Notes under the pieces: generated by a model
The model's database searches: none
What the model was told of the DNA's origin: nothing
Seen by the model: only the letters and a program-made list of their open reading frames with translations
Shown: positions 40,734 through 50,989 of the stretch, piece after piece
How positions within the stretch are numbered: position 1 is the first letter of the stretch
How the letters are laid out: each line of letters starts with the position of its first letter
DNA from: an uncultured Thermoleophilia bacterium
GTDB lineage: Bacteria; Actinomycetota; Thermoleophilia; UBA2241
Direction: 5' to 3'
Assembly: GCA_963702475.1 (NCBI GenBank)
Contig: CAVPCT010000006.1
Coordinates: 32,001 to 96,000, forward strand
DNA length: 64,000 nt
Program-made: the position numbers and the translations under genes

Positions 40734-42245
40734 GTGAGCGGGCACACCTTCGTCGCCGTCGACCTCGGCGCCGAGAGCGGCCGCGTGGTTGCCGGGCGGT
40801 TCGAGGACGGCGCGGTCGGGCTGGAGGAGGTCCACCGTTTCTCCAACCGTCCCCTGTGGCTTCCCGACGGTCTGCACTGGGACGTGCTGGGGCTGTTCCG
40901 CGAGTGCCTAGACGGCATCGGACGGGCGGGACGGCGATACCGCCTCAGCGGCGTCGCCGTCGATTCGTGGGGCGTCGACTACGGCCTCCTGGACGAGCGC
41001 GGCCGGATACTCGGCCTGCCGTACCACTACCGCGATCCGCGAACAGAGCAGTGGGTGCGGCGGGCCGGGGAGCTGATCTCCCCGGCCGATCTCTACGCGA
41101 GGACCGGCATCCAGACGCTGCGCATCAACACGCTGTACCAGCTGCTCGCCGAACGGGACTCGGCCGCGCTTCGCGAGGCGGCACGCATCGCGATGATCCC
41201 CGACCTCGCGGCGTTCTGGCTTTGCGGCGAGCTCGCCAACGAGCGCACGGTTGCCTCCACTACCGGCCTGCTCGACGCGCGCACCGGGAACTGGGCGCGG
41301 GACGTCGTCACACTGCTGGGCCTGCCCAAGCGGCCGTTCGCCGGGACCGTCGAGCCGGGGGTCGTGCTCGCCCCGCTCCTCGCGCGCCATCGCGAGGCGC
41401 TCGGCCTTCGGCAGCCGCTGCCGGTGATCGCCACCGCGGCGCACGACACCGCAGCTGCGTTTGCGGCCGCGCCGGCCGCCGGCGCGGACGCCGCGGTGCT
41501 CGCATCGGGCACGTGGTCGCTGCTGGGTCTTGTGCTCGACCGGCCGATGCTGGACCAGCGTGCGCGAGCGGCCAACCTCGCCAACGAGCGCGGCATTCTC
41601 GGGACAATCCGACTGCTGCGCAACGTGATGGGCCTGTGGCTGTTGCAGGAGTGCCGCCGCGTCTGGCGCGCCCCCTCAGGCGAGCCCCCGGCCTACGACG
41701 AGCTCGTGCGGGAGGCGAGCGCCGAGACAGACGGAGCGCCAGCCCTGTTCGACCCCGACCATCCCTCACTCGCCGGCCCCTGCGACATGCCGGGGCGGAT
41801 TGCCGAGCTGCTAGTCGCCACAGGTCAGCAGGCGCCCGAGAGCCGCGGCCAGCTCGTGCGCGCAATAGTCGTGTCCCTCGCCTGCGCGTACCGCCGGGTC
41901 CTGGAGCAGCTCGAGAGCGTCTCCGGCAGGACCATCACCACCGTCAACATCATCGGCGGCGGCTCGCGGAATGCCCTGCTCTGCCAGCTGACCGCCGATA
42001 TCAGCCGCCGCCACGTGCTGGCGGGGCCGTCGGAGGCCTCCGCCCTCGGCAACGTGCTCGTGCAGGCCCTGGCGTGTGAGCTGATTGGCGAGGATGAGCT
42101 TGCGACCATCGCCCGCGCTTCTGCGAAGGTGGTGACCTTCTCTCCGGGGCGCGACGATCAGGCGCCGGAGGAGACCTATGGGCGCTTCCTGGCGCTTCTG
42201 CGGTCGAGTGATGCGGTACATCAGCAAACAGGGGAAGGACCATGA
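40734..42245 (+). CDS. rhaB: Rhamnulokinase
   Basis: AVDLGAESGR, DSWGVDY, HDTA, SGTWSL, LLRNVMGLW, GPSEA. Confidence 0.92.
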   Translation: MSGHTFVAVDLGAESGRVVAGRFEDGAVGLEEVHRFSNRPLWLPDGLHWDVLGLFRECLDGIGRAGRRYRLSGVAVDSWGVDYGLLDERGRILGLPYHYRDPRTEQWVRRAGELISPADLYARTGIQTLRINTLYQLLAERDSAALREAARIAMIPDLAAFWLCGELANERTVASTTGLLDARTGNWARDVVTLLGLPKRPFAGTVEPGVVLAPLLARHREALGLRQPLPVIATAAHDTAAAFAAAPAAGADAAVLASGTWSLLGLVLDRPMLDQRARAANLANERGILGTIRLLRNVMGLWLLQECRRVWRAPSGEPPAYDELVREASAETDGAPALFDPDHPSLAGPCDMPGRIAELLVATGQQAPESRGQLVRAIVVSLACAYRRVLEQLESVSGRTITTVNIIGGGSRNALLCQLTADISRRHVLAGPSEASALGNVLVQALACELIGEDELATIARASAKVVTFSPGRDDQAPEETYGRFLALLRSSDAVHQQTGEGP

Positions 42246-43347
42246 GCTCACCACAAGGCACGAGGGTCGAGGACCGGCTGGCCGAGCTGCGCATCGAGAC
42301 GCCCTCCTGGGGCTACGGCGACTCGGGCACTCGCTTCGCCGTGTTCCCTCAGAGGAGGCGGCCCACGATGTGTACGCGCGCGTAGAGGCCGCCGCGGAGG
42401 TGTGGAGGCTGACGGGGAGTGCCGACGCGGTCGCCCTGCACTTCCCGTGGGACGGGGTGGACGACCTGCAGCGGCTGCGGGCGCACATTGAGAGCAGCGG
42501 GCTGCGTGTGGGGGCCGTCAACGCCAACCTCTTCCAGGACCGCGACTACCGCCTCGGCTCGCTGGCCAGCCCCTTCGCCGAGGTGCGGGAGAAGGCCATC
42601 GCACAGCTCCTCGACTGCGTGCGCGTCGCCGCGGAGCTGGGGTCGACGGCGCAGTCGCTGTGGCTCGGCGACGGCACCAACTACGCCGGCCAGGACGACC
42701 TGCGAGGCCGGCGGCAGAGGCTGCTCGACGGACTCTCCCGTGTCTACGCCGCGCTCCCCCTGGAGCAGGAGCTGCTCGTCGAGTACAAGCCGTTCGAGCC
42801 GGCCTTCTACGCCACGGACATCGCCGACTGGGGCTCCGCTATTCTGCTCTGCGCGGCGCTGGGCGACCGGGCGCGTGTGCTCGTCGACATCGGCCACCAC
42901 GCGCCGGGCGCCAACGTCGAGCAGATTGTTGCGCTGCTCTCCGCCGAGGGCCGCCTCGGGGGGATCCATCTGAACGCCCGGCACTATGCTGACGACGACC
43001 TCATCGTCGGCTCCGTGAACCCCTTCGAGCTTTTCCTGGTCTTCACCGAACTCGTCGTCGCCGGCGCACCGCTGCCACGCCTCACCATCGACCAGTCGCA
43101 CAATGTGGAGCCTAAGCGCGAGGCGATGGTGCTGAGCGTCATGAATCTGCAGGAGGCCTACGCCAAGGCTCTGCTCGTCGATAGAGAAGCCCTGCGTCAA
43201 GCCCAGGAGCTTGGCGATGTTCTGCGCGGCCACGAGCTGCTTCGCGAGGCGTTCGCCACGGACGTGCGGGAACTGTGTGCGGCCGTGCGCGTGCGACTCG
43301 GCGGGGTGGCGGATCCCCTGACCGCCGCCCGCCGCCCACGGATCTAG
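42242..43347 (+). pseudogene. rhaI: L-rhamnose isomerase (RhaI type) with a frameshift at ~42352 and a short C-terminus
   Basis: IETPSWGYGDSGTRF in the first frame; LHFPWD, EYKPFEP, DIGHH, YADDDL, DQSHN in the second. Confidence 0.85.
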
Positions 43348-44436
43348 TGTCCTGAGTCGTTGATCCGCTGACAATACAAAGCGAGGCTCTGGAGGATCTC
43401 ATCGGCGCTCTTGTGCCAGACGAAGGGCCTCGGCTCCTCGTTCCAGAGTCGGGTCCAGGTGCGGATCGAGGCGACCAGCTCCTTGGTCGAGCGGTGCGAG
43501 CCGCGCCGCAGCCAGCGTTCGGTCAGTTCGGCGAACCAGCGCTCGACGAGGTTGAGCCAGGACGAGTAGGTGGGCGTGAAGTGGAAGCTGAAGCGCGGAT
43601 GGCGCAGGAGCCAGCGCTGGATCGCGGGCGTCTTGTGGGTCGAGGAGTTGTCGACGATGACGTGCACCTCGAGCGCCCTCCGGCACGCTGCGGTCCACGA
43701 GGTTCAGGAAGCGGCGGAACTCCTCGGAGCGGTGGCGCGCGGTGAGCTCGCTGATCACGCAGCCCGAGGCGACGTCGAGGGCGGCGTAGAGGTTGGTCGT
43801 GCCGTGGCGGCGGTAGTCGTGCGTGGCCCTGGCCGGCGTCGTCGGCAGCAGCGGCAGGATCGGGGCCGTGCGCTCGAGCGCCTGGACCTGCGTCTTCTCG
43901 TCCACGCAGAGCACGACCGCGGCTTCGGGCGGGTTCAGGTAGAGCCCGACGATGTCCCTCACCTTCTCGATGAACAGCGGGTCGGTGGAGAGCTTGAAGG
44001 ACTCGAGCTGATGGGGCTTCAGGGCGAAGGCGCGCCAGATCCTGCTCACCGCGCTCTGGCTCATGCCGGTCGCCTGGGCCATCGAGCGGGTCGACCAATG
44101 CGTCGCCCGCGGCGGCTCCTCCTCGAGGGTCTTCGTGATCACCCGCTCCACGTCCTCGTCGCTGATCGTGCGCGGCTTGCCCGGCCGCGGCTCGTCGTGC
44201 AGGCCGTCGAGGCGCCTCTCCACGAAACGCGAGCGCCACTTGCCGACCGTGACCTGGTCCACGCCCTCGGCCGCCGCTACCTGCTGGTTGGTGAGCCCCT
44301 CCGCGCAGGCGAGGACGATGCGGCAGCGCTGCGCCAGGGCCTGCGCGCTGGTGGGCCGCCGCGCCCAGCGCTCAAGGGCCTCGCGCTCCTCGCCGGACAG
44401 CGCCAGATGAGCCTTCGGTCGTCCCGTGCCAGCCAT
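43344..44436 (-). CDS. IS630 transposase with a +1 frameshift at ~43677
   Basis: HTH, VDEK, HDYRRHGT, VDNSSTHK, SWLNLVERWF. Confidence 0.88.
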
Positions 44437-44518
44437 GGTCCCTCCCATCATCGCAGACACGGATGATGAGAGCACAAGCCGACCTATCATTCAAGCGAAC
44501 TAACGACTCAGGACACTA
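43345..44518 (-). mobile_element. IS630-family insertion sequence
   Basis: Perfect terminal IRs TAGTGTCCTGAGTCGTT / AACGACTCAGGACACTA, inserted at CTAG (TA duplication). Confidence 0.93.
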
Positions 44519-44854
44519 GCGCTCCTCGTGAGCGACCGAGAGCTCATCGCCGCTTTCTGCGAGGAGGCGCAGGCGGCCGCGTGACACTTGGGCACGTCGG
44601 AGCGGTGGCCCTCCGTCCTCACCCGCAGAGGAGGTGACACCGACCGTGAAAGCTGCCGTCCTCCACGGTCGCGGGGTCGTGGAACTGCGTGAGGTCCGGA
44701 AGCGGTAGCCAAGGCGCCCAACAACGTCACGACATCGATCTTGCCGTGAAGATCCTTCGCCACTCAGCAGCACTCAAAGCACTCATTCTTCCCAGCGCAG
44801 GCTGAGACACCACGTGTGAAGGCTGGTTCGGGCCTCGCTCGCGCGACAGCGGCG

Positions 44855-44885
44855 CATTGACGTCAATGGCATCGCGGTCTAAAGT
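44855..44885 (+). promoter_or_regulatory. Promoter of the livJ-xdh operon with a 14-bp palindrome over the -35
   Basis: CATTGACGTCAATG; TTGACG-N17-TAAAGT. Confidence 0.6.
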
Positions 44886-44945
44886 GCCGCCTACCGTACC
44901 ATTCGGTGCGGGTTCTGCTGTGGCGGTTCTCGGGGGAGGTCACTC

Positions 44946-46163
44946 ATGGGTTCACGTTCCGTAGGACGAGCGCTTCTGGCGCTCACGTTGACGGCGGCCC
45001 TGCTGCTCGCCGCCGCCGCTTGTGGCGACTCGTCCTCGCCGTCGGATTCCAGTTCGGAATCGGCGGCGGCGTCCAGCGATCCACTCGTCATCGGCTTCGC
45101 GGCCGGGCTCACCGGCATGGGCGGCGACAACTTCACCCTTCAGGGCGTCGAGTACGAGGTCGACAAGCTCAACGCCGCCGGGGGCGCAGCCGGTCATCCC
45201 ATCACGCTGATCACCAAAGACATGAAGAGCGAGCCAGCTCTCGCCGGCACCGTCACGCAGGAGTTGCTCGACAAGGGCGCGCAGGTCATCATCGGTCCGG
45301 CCTTCCCCTCGCTCGGCGCGAGCGTGATACAGACCGCCGGCAACGCCGGCGTCACAGTAATCTCGGCGCTCTCGACGCAGCCAGAGTACACGGTAGTCGG
45401 CGGCATGCCCGCGTATCTCGCCGCCTTCGGCGACAACACGCAGGCCGCGGCCGCTGCGGAGTACGCCCTGAAGCAGGGGTACAAGACCGCCTTCACACTG
45501 GTCTCGCCCGACCTCTCGTATACGTCGGCCACGCCTGAGTGGTTCATCGAGGCCTTGCAGAACGGCGGCGGCTCCCAGGTCGGTACGGCCAACTTCTCTC
45601 TCGGCCAGACGGACTTCGGCCCGCAGGTCACGCAGATCAGCAACATGTCGCCACAGCCGGACGTCATCTACACCGCTGCGTTTGGCGCCGAGGTCCTCAC
45701 GTTCCTGCGTCAGCTCAGGGAGGCCAACGTCGATGTGCCCGTCATCGGCGCGGACGGCAACGACACGCAGGTGACGATCACGGCCGGAGGCAAGGCCGCC
45801 GAGGGCCTCGTGTTCACGACGCACGGCTACGCGTCGCCGGGCTCTCCCTATTCCGACCTCATCGAGGGCCTCACGAAGAAGCTCGGCAAGCCGCCGGAGA
45901 CGCCGGGATTCTCGGCTCTCGGCGCCACGGCCGTCGACATCATCGCCGCGGCCGTGGCCAAGGCCGGCTCCACCGATCCGGAGGCCATCGGCAAGGCCTT
46001 CGCGCAGCTCGAGAACGTCGCCACGCCGACCGGCAGCGTGACGTACGTGGGCACCGGCGGCGTGCCCATCAAGGCAGTGGCGCTCGTCAAAGTGGAGAAC
46101 GGCGAGTTCGTTCTCGCCGACACCATCACGCCGAGCTGGGTGCCGGAGTACGGCGCGCAGTGA
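44946..46163 (+). CDS. LivJ/K-type ABC substrate-binding lipoprotein
   Basis: Signal peptide with lipobox AAAC, NAAGG, TDFGPQ, periplasmic binding type 1 pattern. Confidence 0.88.
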   Translation: MGSRSVGRALLALTLTAALLLAAAACGDSSSPSDSSSESAAASSDPLVIGFAAGLTGMGGDNFTLQGVEYEVDKLNAAGGAAGHPITLITKDMKSEPALAGTVTQELLDKGAQVIIGPAFPSLGASVIQTAGNAGVTVISALSTQPEYTVVGGMPAYLAAFGDNTQAAAAAEYALKQGYKTAFTLVSPDLSYTSATPEWFIEALQNGGGSQVGTANFSLGQTDFGPQVTQISNMSPQPDVIYTAAFGAEVLTFLRQLREANVDVPVIGADGNDTQVTITAGGKAAEGLVFTTHGYASPGSPYSDLIEGLTKKLGKPPETPGFSALGATAVDIIAAAVAKAGSTDPEAIGKAFAQLENVATPTGSVTYVGTGGVPIKAVALVKVENGEFVLADTITPSWVPEYGAQ

Positions 46164-46897
46164 CGCAGCAGGAGGTGGTACTCAAGATCTCCGGCCTCGT
46201 CACACGGTACGGCTCCATCGAGGCGCTGCACGGCGTCTCGTTGGAAGCCCGCCGTGGCCAAATCGTCGCCATCGTCGGGGCCAACGGCGCCGGCAAGACG
46301 ACTCTGCTCGCCTCCATCATGAAGTGGGTGCGGCCCTCGGCGGGTTCGATCGTCTACGAGGGACAGGACATCATGCCGCTGGCCACGGAGAGCATCGTGG
46401 CGCGCGGGCTCACCATGGTGCCGGAGGGACGGAGGATCATCAAGCAGCTGACGGTAAGGGAGAACTTGCAGCTCACCCTCGGCTCACGAAGGGGCCGAGG
46501 GGACCTCGCCGCCGACGAACAGTGGATTTCGGAGCTTTTCCCCATCCTGGGAGAACGGGCCGGCCAGCAGGCCGGCCTGCTCTCCGGGGGGGAGGCGCAG
46601 CAGCTGGCCATCGCCCGCGCCCTCATGGGCAGCCCGCAGACCCTGCTCCTCGACGAGCCGTCATTGGGGCTCGCTCCCAGAATGGTCGAACGGGTCTTCG
46701 ACCTCATCCCACGCCTCCGCGAGCGGGGGATCACCGTGGTCGTCGTCGAGCAGAACGCGTTCAAGGCTCTCGGCGTCGCCGACTACGCCTACGTTATGCA
46801 GACCGGCCGGATCCACACCGAGGGCACGCCCGAGTCCATCCTCGAGGAGGAAGACCTGCTGGCCAGCTACCTTGGCTCGGGCGCGAGGGTCCAGTAG
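46160..46897 (+). CDS. livF: LivF-type ABC ATPase
   Basis: GANGAGKT, VPEGRR, LSGGE, LDEPSLGLAP, VEQN. Confidence 0.92.
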   Translation: MTQQEVVLKISGLVTRYGSIEALHGVSLEARRGQIVAIVGANGAGKTTLLASIMKWVRPSAGSIVYEGQDIMPLATESIVARGLTMVPEGRRIIKQLTVRENLQLTLGSRRGRGDLAADEQWISELFPILGERAGQQAGLLSGGEAQQLAIARALMGSPQTLLLDEPSLGLAPRMVERVFDLIPRLRERGITVVVVEQNAFKALGVADYAYVMQTGRIHTEGTPESILEEEDLLASYLGSGARVQ

Positions 46898-46916
46898 GCA
46901 CTGAAGGAGGCCACCA

Positions 46917-47768
46917 GTGGTCGCAAACGTCGGGTGTTCCACACTCACGTTCCACATGCTGTCCTTCCGCGAGGCTCTCGAGCGCATCCAGCGGCTGGGC
47001 TTCACTGCAATCGACCTCGCGATGATCGCCGAGTTCTGTCCTCACGCCGACCCGCACGCCGACGAGCAGCAACGGGCGCGCGTAGCAGAGGCCATCGCGC
47101 GGGCCGGACTGAAGGTGACGAGCATCAATGCCTGGTCGCTCGAGTTCGTCAATGACGAGGGCGGAGCCGAGCAAGCGCACATCAGGGGTGCCCTGCGCAT
47201 GGCCGAGGCCGTCGGCGCGCCCGTCGTTACCGTGCAGCCCGGGGGTCCTGTGCAGCCGGAACGATGGGAGGAGTCCGCGCCATGGGTCGCGGAGCTACTG
47301 AACGGCCTCGGGGCGGAGGCGAAAGCCGCTGGCATCTCATTGGCAGTCGAGGCTCCTCACATGGGCACCTTCGCCGAGCAGTTCGAAAGGGCCTGCAGCC
47401 TGGTCGATCTGCTCAGCCGCGACGAGGTGGGCGTGGCCCTGGACACCAGCCACGTGCTGAACGGTGGCGGGACGATCGCCGATGCCCTGCGTCGATACGG
47501 CACCCGGGTCCGTCACGTCCACTTGAGGGACTACCGCAACGGCAGCATCTTCGTGACCCCGGGCGACGGCGTCATCGACTTCGCCGAGGTGGTCGGCGGC
47601 CTCGACTCGCTCGGCTATGCGGGCGGCCTCTCGCTTGAGCTCGAGTACGAGGAGGAATCCACGGAGGTGGCGGAGCGCGAGACGATCCGTGCCCGCCGCT
47701 TCTTCCATCACATGTCTGAGACGCTCTTCGAGCGGGCGCCGGGGGGTGGCGCACATGGGAGGCAGTAG
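46917..47768 (+). CDS. Sugar phosphate isomerase/epimerase (xylose isomerase-like TIM barrel)
   Basis: LAVE, LDTSH, HVHLRD, PGDGVIDF, LELE. Confidence 0.85.
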   Translation: MVANVGCSTLTFHMLSFREALERIQRLGFTAIDLAMIAEFCPHADPHADEQQRARVAEAIARAGLKVTSINAWSLEFVNDEGGAEQAHIRGALRMAEAVGAPVVTVQPGGPVQPERWEESAPWVAELLNGLGAEAKAAGISLAVEAPHMGTFAEQFERACSLVDLLSRDEVGVALDTSHVLNGGGTIADALRRYGTRVRHVHLRDYRNGSIFVTPGDGVIDFAEVVGGLDSLGYAGGLSLELEYEEESTEVAERETIRARRFFHHMSETLFERAPGGGAHGRQ

Positions 47769-48765
47769 CGACAGAGTCCGCATTGGCTTCGTCGGCTGCG
47801 GGCAGCACGGCTCAACCATCGTCTATCCGAGCCTGCGCTTCACCGACCTCGAGCTGGTCGCTACCTCGGCGCTGACTGAAGAGGAGGCGCGGCGCAACGC
47901 GCGCCTGTTCGGCGCCGAGCGCTGGCATGTGCGGCATGACCGCCTCTTGGAGCTGGAGACGGACATCGCCGCACTCGTGGTCGTGGTGCAACCCTTCCAA
48001 TACGGCGAGATTGTGCGCGACGCCCTCGCGCGTGGCCTGCCGGTCTACGCCGAGAAGCCGGCGGCTTCTTCGGTGGCAGAAGTGGCCGAACTGATCGAGC
48101 AGGCGCGAGCCACGGGTCTACCGGTGTGCGTCGGCTACATGAAGCGGTTCGCTCCGGCCTACGAGCTCCTGCACACCGCCATCGGCAAGCCCGAGTTCGG
48201 GCGGCCCTCGTTCTTCTCCGGCACCTTCGCCATGGGCGAGGGCGTCTACACGGACGACTACTCCTTCCTCGTCGACAACTCGGTACACATGGTCGACCTC
48301 GCCCGGTACCTGATGGGCGAGATCGCCGAGCTGGCGGTGAAGCGCGCCGAGGGCGCCGGCGGCCGGGTCGCCTACGCCGTGGCCCTCCAGTTCGCGAGTG
48401 GCGCCGTGGGCACGCTGCACCTCTCGACGCTGCAGTCCTGGGAGGCGCACAACGAACGCGTCGAGGTCACCGGCGAGGGCATGGCCGCGGTCGTCGACAA
48501 CGTCGTCAGCTACCGCGAGTACGCCCGCTCTGGGCCGGGAGCCGCCTGGGAGCCCAACTTCACTGTGCCCCTCGACGAGAACCACTTCCTGTCAGTTGCC
48601 GGATATGCGCCGGAGCTGCAGCACTTCGCCGACGTCGTTCGAGGTCGCTGCTCGCCGCGAACGACCATCGAGGACTCGCTGCGCGCCTTGGAGGTCATCG
48701 ATCGCATCTACGTGACCGGCGGCGGGGTGCTGCACGAGGGGCTGCGACCGACCATACGGCAATGA
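47755..48765 (+). CDS. Gfo/Idh/MocA family oxidoreductase
   Basis: IGFVGCG, AEKP, VGYMKRFAP, DNSVHMVD. Confidence 0.9.
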   Translation: MGGSSDRVRIGFVGCGQHGSTIVYPSLRFTDLELVATSALTEEEARRNARLFGAERWHVRHDRLLELETDIAALVVVVQPFQYGEIVRDALARGLPVYAEKPAASSVAEVAELIEQARATGLPVCVGYMKRFAPAYELLHTAIGKPEFGRPSFFSGTFAMGEGVYTDDYSFLVDNSVHMVDLARYLMGEIAELAVKRAEGAGGRVAYAVALQFASGAVGTLHLSTLQSWEAHNERVEVTGEGMAAVVDNVVSYREYARSGPGAAWEPNFTVPLDENHFLSVAGYAPELQHFADVVRGRCSPRTTIEDSLRALEVIDRIYVTGGGVLHEGLRPTIRQ

Positions 48766-48774
48766 GGCGCTGGC

Positions 48775-49587
48775 GTGACTGAGCCCTCGCACATCGAGGT
48801 GCACCGAGGGGACTGCACACTCCACGTCTCGGTGGAGGGAGAGGGGCCGTCGTTGCTCTATCTGCACGGTCTCACCAGTCTCGCAGCGACGGCCTGTCTA
48901 GAGGCGCCCAAAGGCTTCCGCCTCGCCGTGTTCGACCAGCGGGGCCACGGCTCGGCGACGCACTTCCTCGACTCCGCTGTGTACGCGCTGGACGAGTTCG
49001 CCGCCGACGCCCTCGCCGTGCTGGATGCCTTGGGTTGGGAACAGGCGGCCCTCGGCGGCACGTCGATGGGCTCGGCAGTCGCTCTGCATCTCGCCCTCAC
49101 ACAGGGTCGGCGCGTCCAGGCGCTGCTGCTCGCCGGCCCGGCCATCGGCGGCCGGTGGCCCGACGAGGTGTCGGTCGCCGACATGAACGGGACGGCCGAG
49201 GTGCTCGAGGAGTGGGGCCTGCCGGCCGCGATCGACGTCACCCGCTCGTCCCTCTTGGCGGAGGGCCTGCCCCCGGAGGCTACGGCCTTCCTCGCCACGT
49301 GGTCGCTGCAGGACGCGCGAGCCCTGGCCGTCGCCATCCGCACGGTGATGCGCTGGCGGCCCTTCCCCGACCTCGACGTGCTCTCGCGGCTTACCGTCCC
49401 CGTCGGCGTCGTCGGCTGGCCCGACGACCCGCTGCATCCGCTGCGTCTGGCGGAGGAGGTCGCGCGCATCACGGGCGGGTGCCTCCATACAGTCGAGGGC
49501 CTCGCCGCCGTACTCACGGACCCGGGCGTCGTGTCACAGGGCCTTCTCGAGGCATGGCACGCGGCCACGGAACGGGTGAGCCCGTGA
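48775..49587 (+). CDS. Alpha/beta hydrolase
   Basis: LHG, DQRGHG, GTSMG nucleophile elbow, DPLHP. Confidence 0.85.
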   Translation: MTEPSHIEVHRGDCTLHVSVEGEGPSLLYLHGLTSLAATACLEAPKGFRLAVFDQRGHGSATHFLDSAVYALDEFAADALAVLDALGWEQAALGGTSMGSAVALHLALTQGRRVQALLLAGPAIGGRWPDEVSVADMNGTAEVLEEWGLPAAIDVTRSSLLAEGLPPEATAFLATWSLQDARALAVAIRTVMRWRPFPDLDVLSRLTVPVGVVGWPDDPLHPLRLAEEVARITGGCLHTVEGLAAVLTDPGVVSQGLLEAWHAATERVSP

Positions 49588-50393
49588 GCCGGGCCGCGCG
49601 GGCATCGGGACGGCCCAACCGGGTCTGGGAGGACATTGAGACGCGCGTCTCGGACGACGACAGCGCCCTGTTCCCGGAGGCGGCGAGCGACATGGTCACG
49701 CGCTGGCTGCGTTCGCTCATCTTCTCGGGGGAGCTCGGGCCGGACGACTGGTTCCCGCCCGAGCGCATTCTGGCGGAGAAGCTCGGCATCTCAAGGCTGA
49801 CCCTGCGCACGGCCCTGAAGACGCTGGAGGGTACCGGCTACATCGTCACCGAACGCGGCGTCACGGGGGGTTCCAGGGTCAGTGACGCGGACTCGCTCCT
49901 GAGGTGCTGGACGCAGTGGGTGATCTTCCATTCGGAGGACCTGGACGACATCCTCGAGATGCGGCGCACGATAGAGCCGCGCATGGCAGTGCTCGCTGCA
50001 CGCCGCCGCACCGAGGAGGAACTCAGAGCCATGCAGGAAGCCGTGGCATGCGAACGAGCTGGCAAGACGGACCGTTCTGAGCTCTTCCACACCGACATGG
50101 AGATCCACCGCGCCATCGCCAGGGGCGCCCACAGCAGGCGTCTGGAGCGCGCCATGGTCGCGACGCGCGAGGAACTCTTCCTGCCCGTCGACCAGGCGCT
50201 CTTGGACGGGCGCGAGCTCGAGATGAATGACTCGCACGCGGCCATCGTGGAGGCCATCGCCGGCGGCGACCAGCAGCGCGCCGCCCGTCAGGCCGAGCAC
50301 CACGTCGACCTCGTCGAGGCCCTGCTCCGCCGCGCCTGCCAGATGTCCATCGCCGCGCTCTCCGCGGCGCCGCCGCTAGACCCCGAGAGGTGA
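49584..50393 (+). CDS. GntR/FadR family regulator (paralog of 21494..22255)
   Basis: LIFSGELGPDDWFPPERILAEKLGISR plus FCD domain. Confidence 0.88.
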   Translation: MSRAARASGRPNRVWEDIETRVSDDDSALFPEAASDMVTRWLRSLIFSGELGPDDWFPPERILAEKLGISRLTLRTALKTLEGTGYIVTERGVTGGSRVSDADSLLRCWTQWVIFHSEDLDDILEMRRTIEPRMAVLAARRRTEEELRAMQEAVACERAGKTDRSELFHTDMEIHRAIARGAHSRRLERAMVATREELFLPVDQALLDGRELEMNDSHAAIVEAIAGGDQQRAARQAEHHVDLVEALLRRACQMSIAALSAAPPLDPER

Positions 50394-50989
50394 CCGTGCA
50401 GCCCTCCACCGACACTGCCCAAGTCGTTTGCCTCACCGTCAACGGGCGCCGTCACGAGCTGCTGCTCGGTCGCGACCTGCTCGTATCGCATACGCTCGCC
50501 GACGTGCTCCGCGAGCGCCTCGGCCTCACCGGCCTCCAGGTGGCCTGCGACGAGGGCGCGTGCGGCGCCTGTACGGTGATCATCGACGGGCAGGCGGTGC
50601 TGTCGTGCATGACCCTCGCCGTGGAGGCTGCGGGCCACGAGATCCTCACCATCGAGGGCCTGCCCGAGGACGACCCGGTGGTGCAAGCTTTCGCCTGCCA
50701 GTGCGAGCCGGGCCACGGCACCGCACTGCAGTGCGGCTTCTGCTCGCCCGGCGCGGTCATGACGGCCAAGGCCTTCCTCGACGAGAACCGCGCGCCCACC
50801 TTGGACGAAGTGAAGGAGGCGCTCGCCGGCAACCTGTGCCGCTGCGGCTGCTATCAGGGCATCGCGCAGGCGGTGCTTAGCGCGGCGGCAGCGCTGCGGG
50901 AGCGGCGCGGCGATGGCGGCGGCGGGGAGACTGCCGGCTTCGCGAAGGCGGTCGGTGGGGCGCGAGCTCCCGGGAGGGCGAGGCAATGA
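50390..50989 (+). CDS. Xanthine dehydrogenase-family (2Fe-2S) subunit
   Basis: CDEGACGACTV, LQCGFCSPG, GNLCRC. Confidence 0.93.
   Translation: MTVQPSTDTAQVVCLTVNGRRHELLLGRDLLVSHTLADVLRERLGLTGLQVACDEGACGACTVIIDGQAVLSCMTLAVEAAGHEILTIEGLPEDDPVVQAFACQCEPGHGTALQCGFCSPGAVMTAKAFLDENRAPTLDEVKEALAGNLCRCGCYQGIAQAVLSAAAALRERRGDGGGGETAGFAKAVGGARAPGRARQ

Noticed and set aside
43670-43685. Programmed frameshift in the IS630 transposase
   Set aside because: No slippery A-run; a single extra G inside the DDE region fits an indel
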